This document shows, one piece after another, positions 42,526 through 49,789 of a DNA stretch of 64,000 bases. The stretch lies in NCBI GenBank assembly GCA_963666055.2, contig CAXWPH010000010.1:112522-176521 (forward strand), written 5' to 3'. The notes under the pieces are model-generated. The model was not told the DNA's origin. It searched no databases and saw only the letters and a program-made list of their open reading frames with translations. This DNA is from Acidobacteriota bacterium. Lineage in GTDB: Bacteria > Acidobacteriota > UBA890 > WLXD01. Numbering within the stretch: the stretch's first letter is position 1; every line of letters starts with the position of its first letter. Both the position numbers and the translations under genes were made by a program.

Positions 42526-42999
42526 CTAGTCACGTCGATGGGCGTCGCGGCCCGGCCTGTATCCAGCGTCGTAGCGACGTACCCGGTAGGGAAGCTCGAT
42601 CGGTTCCACCTCCACCGCCGTTCCGGTGGGAAAGAACGGTGCCAGCTTCAGATCTGGCAACAGCGAGCCATCCCCGTCCCCGGAAACCAAGCGAGCGTCT
42701 GCAACAGCGCACAGCCGTTTGACAGCGTCTCGCAACTCCTCAAGGCGCACCCCCTTCACCGTCGGGGAGGCAGCGCCGAGCAGCGCCTGCGCGCTGCTGA
42801 TCTTGGCATGCGCGCCGCGCCAGTTGCGTCGTCGGGCATGCAATAATCCGGCCGCGAGGTGGATTAGCCCTTTGCTGAACTCGTCGCGCTCACGAAGCCA
42901 GAGGCGCTCTAATTCCTCGTGGGCGAGCCAGTACTCCCCCTGATCGAACCGCGCCAGAAACCTACGAAGCTCCTCGGGCACAGCGCACCCACTACTCAT
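42526..42999 (-). CDS. DUF309 family protein
   Basis: FDQGEYWLAHEELERLW, KGLIHLAAG, NWRGA. Confidence 0.85.
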   Translation of the reverse strand: MSSGCAVPEELRRFLARFDQGEYWLAHEELERLWLRERDEFSKGLIHLAAGLLHARRRNWRGAHAKISSAQALLGAASPTVKGVRLEELRDAVKRLCAVADARLVSGDGDGSLLPDLKLAPFFPTGTAVEVEPIELPYRVRRYDAGYRPGRDAHRRD

Positions 43000-43012
43000 T
43001 CAGGACGACGGG

Positions 43013-43630
43013 TTATCGGGGCCACGGCTCACCGAAGCCTGCCATCGCCGGTCGCCGGTCGACCGGCCGCTGGCCCACTGATTCGCGCGAGCCATGACGC
43101 ATCACGGTCAACTGGCGCGGCTTCATGCCTTCAAAGAAGCCGTCGATTTCGTGCGTTGATACGGCTCGAGGCGGCCGCTGCCATTCCGTCGAGGCGAAAG
43201 CCAGGCGCGATTCGGTGACGATTCGATAGCGGATACTCGGAGGCTGTGCCCCACCGTCACCGTCAAAGATGGCGAAGATCGCACCACCCGGCATCAGCAC
43301 CGAGCGGAGCTCGGCAACGATCTGGCGGGCGCGTTCCTTGGACAGCAACGTCAGCATGTTCCAACAGACAATTCCGCCGTATCCGATTTCGCCGAGGTCG
43401 AGCTCGCCGCCACGTTCGAGACGCGCCGCCAGGTCGATCGCCGAAACTCGATGGCCGCGCTGAGCCCAGAACGTGATGTTCGATGGAGTCGTCGGCCCCA
43501 GGTCCAGCACCGCCGCCTCGGGTCCGATCCGCGACAAGACGCCCGTGAAGCGCTCGAACAGGGCCGAACGATACTCGCCGGAGGTGAACTCGGCGTTCTC
43601 GGCCGCACTGCTCGACCGTCGCAACACCAT
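43013..43630 (-). CDS. Class I SAM-dependent methyltransferase-like protein
   Basis: VLDLGP motif I, GIVCWNML, LMPGGAIF. Confidence 0.7.
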   Translation of the reverse strand: MVLRRSSSAAENAEFTSGEYRSALFERFTGVLSRIGPEAAVLDLGPTTPSNITFWAQRGHRVSAIDLAARLERGGELDLGEIGYGGIVCWNMLTLLSKERARQIVAELRSVLMPGGAIFAIFDGDGGAQPPSIRYRIVTESRLAFASTEWQRPPRAVSTHEIDGFFEGMKPRQLTVMRHGSRESVGQRPVDRRPAMAGFGEPWPR

Positions 43631-43649
43631 CGGTCGTGACCCTTTCGAG

Positions 43650-44195
43650 CTATCCCGCAGAGACGGGCGTTTTTCTGGGGGTCTTCGCGGCCGCGGCCGA
43701 CGGCCCTCGGGCTGCTTCGGTCGGGGGTGGAGCAGCAGCCTCCTTCGGCCGCTTTTCGCCGATCGGCGATACCGGCTTGTCCACCGCAGCAGGCTCCATC
43801 TCGACGCTGCCCTTGAAGTAGGCGCCATCTCTGACCTGCAGCGATGGTGTCCTGATGTTGCCAGTGAGTGAGGCGGTCGCTCCCAGTACGAGCGTTTCGG
43901 CGGCGTGCACGTCTCCCTTGACGGTGCCTTCCACCAGCACTTTGGTGCCTTTGATCAGTGCCTGGACGTCAGCCTGCTTGGCAATCAGCAATTTCTCTCG
44001 CGCGTGGATCTGGCCCTCGACCTTGCCCAGGATGGTCAGGTCCTCGTCGCAGGTGATCGTTCCGTTGACATACACGCGCTCGCCGAGCGTCGAGCCACTC
44101 GCCGCGCGGGGACTCGGCGGCGGCGGAGCAACAGCCTTTGGCGCTGACGGAGCCGTTCTGATCCTGTCCTTGTCGTCGTTGTCGAACCAACCCAT
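43650..44195 (-). CDS. Bactofilin (polymer-forming cytoskeletal protein)
   Basis: GTITCDEDLTILGKVEG, VEGTVKGDV, GNIRTPSLQVRDGAYFKGSVEM. Confidence 0.92.
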   Translation of the reverse strand: MGWFDNDDKDRIRTAPSAPKAVAPPPPSPRAASGSTLGERVYVNGTITCDEDLTILGKVEGQIHAREKLLIAKQADVQALIKGTKVLVEGTVKGDVHAAETLVLGATASLTGNIRTPSLQVRDGAYFKGSVEMEPAAVDKPVSPIGEKRPKEAAAPPPTEAARGPSAAAAKTPRKTPVSAG

Positions 44196-44330
44196 CGGTC
44201 TCCTCGGATTTTCCTCAGGCGTCGCTGCATAAGGGTATCGAGCGGGCGGCAGGAGCGAAAGGAGCAGGGACCTTTGCGCCTTTTGTTCGCCTTAGGTGGC
44301 CATTTCCCCACCAATCCGAACTCCTAACCC

Positions 44331-44470
44331 CTTGTAACTCTTGAACTTAACAGTATTAGTCATTATTAGTTAGTATAAAGCATTATAATATATTTATAAC
44401 TCATTTATTGACATTTTAAGTATCTTAAAATACGTTATTAATCAGTTATCAACTGATAAACATATTGGGA
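44331..44470. promoter_or_regulatory. AT-rich regulatory island with sigma70-like promoter and palindromes
   Basis: 31 G+C in 140 nt (22%); TTGACA(44408)-17-TACGTT(44431); inverted repeats ATTTTAAG-TAT-CTTAAAAT and ATCAGTT-ATC-AACTGAT. Confidence 0.7.
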
Positions 44471-44477
44471 GATAGTT

Positions 44478-44852
44478 TTGATGTCTAATAGTCATTTAAA
44501 CGCACGACGCTCCCGACCACGCCTCGAGCGTGAGGTTCCGCCCACTGGGTCCATCCACGCGGCTCAATACCTAACCGGAACCCCCGAGTCGGTAATCTGG
44601 GGTGAGGTGTTGTTGCGCGCGATCGACGATTTCAAGGTCTACACGTCGCACCGACGAGATCCAGAAGCGAATCCGGTCTCCGCCAAGACGCTGCGCTCGA
44701 TCCTCGCCGACGGCTGCGATCCGGAGTACTGGTTCTTCGGTGAAAACACCGGCTTCGACGCGGTGTGCATGGTGCTGAACATCGAGCCTGACGTCATTCG
44801 TCGCCACCTTCGCGCCTGGATCGAGGAGATCGGTGACGAGCTCCGCTACTAG
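44478..44852 (+). CDS. Uncharacterised small protein, paralogue 2 of 3
   Basis: IWGEVLLRAIDD...PEYWFF...FDAVCMVLNIEPDVIRRHL; GGGAG RBS. Confidence 0.8.
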   Translation: MMSNSHLNARRSRPRLEREVPPTGSIHAAQYLTGTPESVIWGEVLLRAIDDFKVYTSHRRDPEANPVSAKTLRSILADGCDPEYWFFGENTGFDAVCMVLNIEPDVIRRHLRAWIEEIGDELRY

Positions 44853-44953
44853 GACGGAGTCTCGTGATGCCGTCAGCTTGCCGCACGCCGCATTCGTCGT
44901 GCCGATATAATCCAGCATCGTTATCGACCTGCTCGTGAGTTGGAGACGGCAAG

Positions 44954-45187
44954 ATGAAGATCGAACTGACCTATTGCGCCGCTTGAGGGTATGAGCCTCA
45001 AGCCGTCAGTCTGACGGCCAAGATTCTGTCCGAGTTCAAGCAGAACATCTCAACAATGAACTTGTTGCCGCGGGCCGGCGGAAAGTTCGAGCTCGCGGTA
45101 GACGACGAGCTCGTGTATTCGAAGTTGGCCACCGGGTCGTTTCCCGACGAAGGCTCGATCTTGCAGCTTCTACGCGAGCGTTCCTGA
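44954..45187 (+). CDS. SelW/SelT/SelH (Rdx family) selenoprotein, Sec at 44984-44986
   Basis: Manual translation MKIELTYCAA(U)GYEPQAVSL...GGKFELAVDDELVYSKLATGSFPDE; GGAG RBS; SECIS directly downstream. Confidence 0.93.
45002..45018 (+). promoter_or_regulatory. Bacterial SECIS element
   Basis: GCCGTCA-GTC-TGACGGC hairpin; loop G/U at +23/+24 after UGA, as in E. coli fdhF SECIS. Confidence 0.85.
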
Positions 45188-45190
45188 AGC

Positions 45191-46027
45191 TCAGCGCTGG
45201 CAGCGTGGACAGTAGTACGTCGAGCGCCCAGCCTGGATGACTCGACGAATCGTCGTCGCACATCGACCGCAACCGCGACCAGCGCGACCATAGACCTGCA
45301 GCCGCACAGCGAAATAACCTCGACTGCCCTCGACATCTCGGAAGTCGTTCAGGGTGGTGCCGCCTTGCCGTAGCGCGGCTTCGAGAACTTCGAGACACGC
45401 GGCGTGTAGACGATTCCAGCGAGGAGCCGCGATTCGTCGGCATGCTGTCGCCGGGTGGATCCGCGCCAACCACAACGCTTCGCTCGCGTAGATGTTGCCG
45501 ATCCCGGTAACCACCCGGGCGTCCATGAGCATGTTCTTGACAGGGCGCCTGCTGCCTCGAGTCACCGCATATAGGTGCTCGGCTGTGAACCCAGTGCCGA
45601 ACGGGTCCGGGCCGAGGCGCGCGAACAGCCGATGGTTTTCCATGCCCACCTTCGGAATGACGAGCATGAGACCGAACCGGCGCGGATCGTTGTACCGCAG
45701 CTCCCGCCGCACCGTCGGATGATCAGATGACCACCAAAGGCTGACGTGGTCATGCGGGTGCAGCACGGAAGTCCGATCCGACCAGACCAGGCGACCGCTC
45801 ATACCCAGATGAATCACGAGTAGCTTGTCGGCCGAGGTATCGATGATCAAGTACTTGGCGCGGCGGCGGACTGCCCCAACGCGGCTGCCTACGAGCCGCT
45901 GCAGCGCGCCGCGATCGATTCGTTCGCGCAACCGGGGCTCACGCACCTCGACACGCTCGAGTCGTGATCCAAGCAGCCGAGGCTCGAGCCCGCGGCGGAC
46001 CGTCTCGACCTCGGGTAGCTCAGGCAC
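45191..46027 (-). CDS. mutM: Formamidopyrimidine-DNA glycosylase
   Basis: PELPEVE N-terminus, HLGMSG, DPRRFG, GIGNIYASE, C4 zinc finger CGRC...CPRCQ. Confidence 0.96.
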   Translation of the reverse strand: MPELPEVETVRRGLEPRLLGSRLERVEVREPRLRERIDRGALQRLVGSRVGAVRRRAKYLIIDTSADKLLVIHLGMSGRLVWSDRTSVLHPHDHVSLWWSSDHPTVRRELRYNDPRRFGLMLVIPKVGMENHRLFARLGPDPFGTGFTAEHLYAVTRGSRRPVKNMLMDARVVTGIGNIYASEALWLARIHPATACRRIAAPRWNRLHAACLEVLEAALRQGGTTLNDFRDVEGSRGYFAVRLQVYGRAGRGCGRCATTIRRVIQAGRSTYYCPRCQR

Positions 46028-46100
46028 GTGACGGACCGGTCGCATCTCCGACCAAGATCCAGCGGCGGTTGCCAGGAGTCTGCAATCTCATGCGTCACAC

Positions 46101-46141
46101 AACGAGAAAGAGGGGAGCGAGCCGGTGCGCTCGCTCCCCTC
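46101..46141 (-). terminator. Intrinsic terminator
   Basis: 13-bp perfect stem GAGGGGAGCGAGC/GCTCGCTCCCCTC (46110-46141) followed by TTTCTCGTT on the minus strand. Confidence 0.75.
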
Positions 46142-46186
46142 TCCTTGATCGGCTGGCAGATCGCTAGAAATGCTGAATGCCTAACG

Positions 46187-46437
46187 TTAGCGCCTGCCCC
46201 TCTTCTTGGCGGCGCTTCTTGCTTGGTCACCTTCTTCTTGGCGGCCTTCTTCTTGGTCACCTTCTTCTTGGCGGCCTTCTTCTTGGTCACCTTCTTCTTG
46301 GCGGCCTTCTTCTTGGTCACCTTCTTCTTGGCGGCCTTCTTCTTGGTCGCCTTCTTCTTGGTCGCCTTCTTCTTGGCGGCTCTCTTCTTGGTCGCCTTTT
46401 TCCGAGTTGGCTTCTTCGTCTTCTTCTTCGCAGCCAC
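46187..46437 (-). CDS. Histone H1-like Lys/Ala-rich protein, apparent frameshift near 46220
   Basis: GTG after AAGGGGG; KKKAAKKKVT 30-bp repeats; tail RSAAKKRGRR-TAA lies in another frame just before the terminator. Confidence 0.72.
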
Positions 46438-46750
46438 CCCTATACCCCCTTCTTGATGCCCCCAAGAGATCGCGGTGTCCAGAATGGAACCGCCGTGACC
46501 GAAATTATGTTCCACGTACTCAAGAGGTGTAAGTCGACACAACGAATTCCTGCGCAAAAAAAACACGCCGCTCGAAACGCGACTCGCGTCATTTGATCGC
46601 CTTCCGAACAACATTTCGACACCGCAAGAAAGAGCAGCGCCGCACGCAGCTTCCGGTTTCATTGAAAGCTGTCTTACCGGGTATCGCCTTGCCGCGGCGA
46701 GGGCCGAGGTGGAGGTTGCCAAGAAGCGCGCCGAAGAAGCGCGCCGATCT

Positions 46751-47028
46751 CTAGCAGGCCGTGGTAAAAATGTGGTGGGTCTGGTTACGGCGAGTTGGGG
46801 TCAGATGCAAGGCGGCCTGACACAGACGATGCCCTGCCATCGTCGAGGAAGGCCAACGCTGCAGATAGCCCCAAATCGCCGTAACCCTCCGGGCGAAAGG
46901 GGGTTGCGCGCGTATGCTGCGTCGTTCCTCGTCAACGATGGCGTAACCATCGCCTCCTCCTCTCTCCTTACCTCCACTTCGCAAGTCCCTGTCGCCAGAC
47001 CCACCACACTTTCACCACGGCCTACTAG
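46751..47028. mobile_element. Full-length MITE (~270 bp, ~30-bp TIRs, CTAG target duplication)
   Basis: CTAG-CAGGCCGTGGTAAAAATGTGGTGGGTCTGG...CCAGACCCACCACACTTTCACCACGGCCTA-CTAG; no credible ORF. Confidence 0.88.
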
Positions 47029-47030
47029 CG

Positions 47031-48005
47031 CTACGAGCGCATGCTCTCCGTGGGCGTCCTGTCGCATGCCAACCTCGACCGCAGTGCCCGCCTGGCGTAT
47101 CGGCGGGCGCTCGGTGCACAGGTCACGCTGATATGCCCATGCGGGAACCACCGAACCGGTACAGCCCATTGACGCTCCAGTTCGACCAGCGACTTGGGGT
47201 CGACAACATTGTCAAACTGTGCGCCGATCACCACGACGTCGTCGGATCTCAGGCGTAGTCGCCGATGTCCGGGGGCATAACGGCGAAAGGCCTCGCCGGT
47301 GAGATCGCGGTCGACGCCGGCGTCGATAAGCGCCGTCCGTATCGATGCCATCAACGGTGACTCCCACATCGTGCTATGTGGGTCGACAATCGGCGTCCAA
47401 AGGACCGCCGCATCGATCTCCGTCGCGGTCGTCAACGTGAGCGCGGCGACCCATCCGCCTAAGCTAACGCCCCAGAGGCCGACCGCGCCGACCCGTCCGC
47501 GAAGCCAGGACGCGAGCGCGCCGGTCTCCGCAACCGCCCGACGCAACGACTCGCCCGTGGCTGCAAGATCGGCCGAGACACAGCGCTCGCCGGAGATCGC
47601 CCCGGGCGGCGTGCGCTCGCAGTGATCCGGCAGCCGTGGCATCCAGACTTCGATCCCAACGCGCCGTAGCGGCGCCGCCAGGCCCGCCGTGAAAACAACT
47701 TGCGGCTTGGTGGCCAACCAACCATGCAGCAGGATCACAGCGGCGCGCGGCGCGCCTCGCGCCGGCAGCCGGGTCGCCAGCCACCTGCTGGACTCATCCT
47801 CGCTCTCCCAGATCTCTACACCCCACCGCTCGCCGGATCGCCGGGGCCGCAACTGCAGCGACGTTCCGCCGAGCGGATCGATCGGTAACCCTTGCAGGTA
47901 TGCATTGAGGGCTCGCCTCGATGTTGTCGGCTGGCGACTTCGGATGCGCCGATTGACGACCAACGCGTTGGCCCCGTCGAGCAGTCTTGCGATTGGGTAC
48001 GACAC
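47031..48005 (-). CDS. Alpha/beta hydrolase
   Basis: LHGW, GVSLGG nucleophile elbow, DNVV, GHIS. Confidence 0.82.
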   Translation of the reverse strand: MSYPIARLLDGANALVVNRRIRSRQPTTSRRALNAYLQGLPIDPLGGTSLQLRPRRSGERWGVEIWESEDESSRWLATRLPARGAPRAAVILLHGWLATKPQVVFTAGLAAPLRRVGIEVWMPRLPDHCERTPPGAISGERCVSADLAATGESLRRAVAETGALASWLRGRVGAVGLWGVSLGGWVAALTLTTATEIDAAVLWTPIVDPHSTMWESPLMASIRTALIDAGVDRDLTGEAFRRYAPGHRRLRLRSDDVVVIGAQFDNVVDPKSLVELERQWAVPVRWFPHGHISVTCAPSARRYARRALRSRLACDRTPTESMRS

Positions 48006-48296
48006 GCTGGTGGTGACTCGGAGTGTGTGGGCGAATGAGCTGCTCTCTCGTCAAGCGTAGCAGGCGCCCTGAGCTCCTCACGCCGGCCGTCAATTGTTGA
48101 CAGAGCTTTGACACAAAAAGCCATGGGGCAGGGGAAACTTTCGCTCAATACCGCGCGTCTAACCAGATGAAAGCGGTCAAGAGCGCGCTGGCCCTGTCCC
48201 GTTGATGGACGTAAAGGGGAGCGGCCTGGGGCTGTGGCCGGCGCGCTGTTGGCCGCTTTCGCTTCTTCCGGCAAGTACGGCGAGACCAAACGTTGC

Positions 48297-48312
48297 TGGC
48301 ATGGGGATTGCA
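48297..48312 (+). promoter_or_regulatory. Putative sigma54 (-24/-12) promoter of paralogue 3
   Basis: TGGCAT-GGGGA-TTGCA with exact GG-N10-GC spacing, ~70 nt upstream of ATG. Confidence 0.65.
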
Positions 48313-48379
48313 GGTTCTACCGGCAGGGGCAAATGGCCCAACCGCAAGAGCTCAGTGAGCGCAACCGAAAGGTCTGAAA

Positions 48380-48721
48380 ATGCGTAATACCCGAAGCGAT
48401 AATGGTTCGAAAGGTCAATTGGACGCCCTGTTCGAAGCCGAACGCCGCCTGATGGCGATCGACCAGAAAGACGTGCATGCCTGCCGCCATCTGTGGCGTA
48501 CGGTAATCGAGCGCACCGTGGATGACATTCGGTTCCTGCAGCGCCATCGCGGCAGGGGTAAGCTCAAGAAGCACGAGGAGGAGCGTCTGCGGCGCATCCG
48601 GGAGAACCCACCGCAGGAATTCATTCGCGGCGTGTGGTTCGACCAGATTTGCGACTATCTCCAGGTCGATCCAGTGCGACTGCGTCGTGCCATCGCGGAT
48701 TCCGAGATGCGCGCAGCCTGA
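48380..48721 (+). CDS. Uncharacterised small protein, paralogue 3 of 3
   Basis: ACRHLWRTVIERTVDD...PQEFI...WFDQICDYLQVDPVRLRRAI. Confidence 0.82.
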   Translation: MRNTRSDNGSKGQLDALFEAERRLMAIDQKDVHACRHLWRTVIERTVDDIRFLQRHRGRGKLKKHEEERLRRIRENPPQEFIRGVWFDQICDYLQVDPVRLRRAIADSEMRAA

Positions 48722-48748
48722 GCACCGGGCTCCAACAGAATCTCAGAT

Positions 48749-48786
48749 CGGGGGAGCGCCAGGCCGGCGCTCCCCCGTTTGCGTTT
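48749..48786 (+). terminator. Intrinsic terminator
   Basis: 12-bp stem CGGGGGAGCGCC/GGCGCTCCCCCG followed by TTTGCGTTT. Confidence 0.75.
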
Positions 48787-48963
48787 GCCTATCTGTTGGC
48801 TTGTAATGCCACCCTCCCGAGGGTGCTGCGGGCTGACGTCGATGTGTCCGCGTGCCGTCGCTGACCGTTTACGGTCGTTGGGAAATGGACAATCGCGGCC
48901 CGGACGACACAGAAACACTCAGTTGCCGGACTCCGCTCGTAAGCTGGAGCACAGACGATCGCT

Positions 48964-49494
48964 GTGAAAGTCGCGTTCATTGGCACGCACGGGGTCGGCA
49001 AGACGACGTTGGCCTATGGGTTGGCGATGCGCCTCAAAGAACTGGGCGCCAACGTCGGCTTCCTCGAGGAAGTGGCGCGCCGCTGCCCCTTGTCGATAAA
49101 CGAAGAAACCAGCCTGGAGGCCCAGACCTGGATCTTGATGGAGACGATCCGGCGCGAGATCGAGCTCGACAACCTATATACCGAGATCGTCTGCGATCGT
49201 TCGGTGATCGATAACTACTGCTACCTGGAGTTCGGTCTGCGACGGCAACCGGCGCTTTTCGACCTGGCTTGCTACTGGGCCGCTACTTACGACCTTCTAT
49301 TCAAGGTCCCTATCCGCCCCGAGTACCTACAAGGTGACGGTACGCGCTCAACCGACCTGGCGTTCCAAAGCGCCATCGACGAGACCATCGACAAGCTCTT
49401 GGACGAGGCCGGCGTCGAGTACGAGCACTTCACCACGCTCGACGATGCCGTGGAACAAGCGCGCCTCGCCTGTGGACGGCTGCCGATCGCCTAG
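48964..49494 (+). CDS. P-loop ATPase/nucleotide-kinase-like protein (AAA_28/NadR-like)
   Basis: GTHGVGKTT Walker A, EVAR, CDRSVIDNY, DGTR. Confidence 0.82.
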   Translation: MKVAFIGTHGVGKTTLAYGLAMRLKELGANVGFLEEVARRCPLSINEETSLEAQTWILMETIRREIELDNLYTEIVCDRSVIDNYCYLEFGLRRQPALFDLACYWAATYDLLFKVPIRPEYLQGDGTRSTDLAFQSAIDETIDKLLDEAGVEYEHFTTLDDAVEQARLACGRLPIA

Positions 49495-49769
49495 CAGGCC
49501 GTGGTGAAAGTGTGGTGGGTCTGGTTACGGCGAGTTGGGGCCAGATGCAAGGCGGCCTGACACAGGCGATGCCCTAGCCATCGTCGAGAAAGGCCAACGC
49601 TGCAGATGGCCCCAAATCGACCTAACCCTTCGGGCGACAGGGGGTTGCGCGCGTATCCTGCGTCGTTCCTCGTCAACGATGGGGTTACCATCGCCTCCTC
49701 CTCTCTCCTTGCCTCCACTTCGCAAGACCCTGTCGCCAGATCCACCACACTTTCACCACGGCCTGCTAG
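49491..49769. mobile_element. Full-length MITE, second copy
   Basis: Highly similar to 46751-47028; CTAG at both ends; left CTAG supplies the ATPase stop codon. Confidence 0.9.
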
Positions 49770-49789
49770 GGGCCTGTAACAGATGATCG

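Noticed and set aside
44331-44470. AT island as oriC or dif
   Set aside because: No convincing TTATCCACA boxes or dnaA/dnaN context; the ATAA-N-TTAT core has a 5-nt spacer and lacks the XerD arm
46709-47169. Short ORFs inside the MITEs (also 49491-49786, 36323-36730) as transposase or peptides
   Set aside because: No DDE/HUH motifs; frames differ between copies because of indels
48321-48379. c-di-GMP-I riboswitch before paralogue 3 (GGCAAA...GAAA)
   Set aside because: P1/P2 architecture and spacing do not fit the consensus
42166-49494. Prophage remnant
   Set aside because: No integrase, terminase or structural genes; the small paralogues are interleaved with housekeeping genes at normal GC
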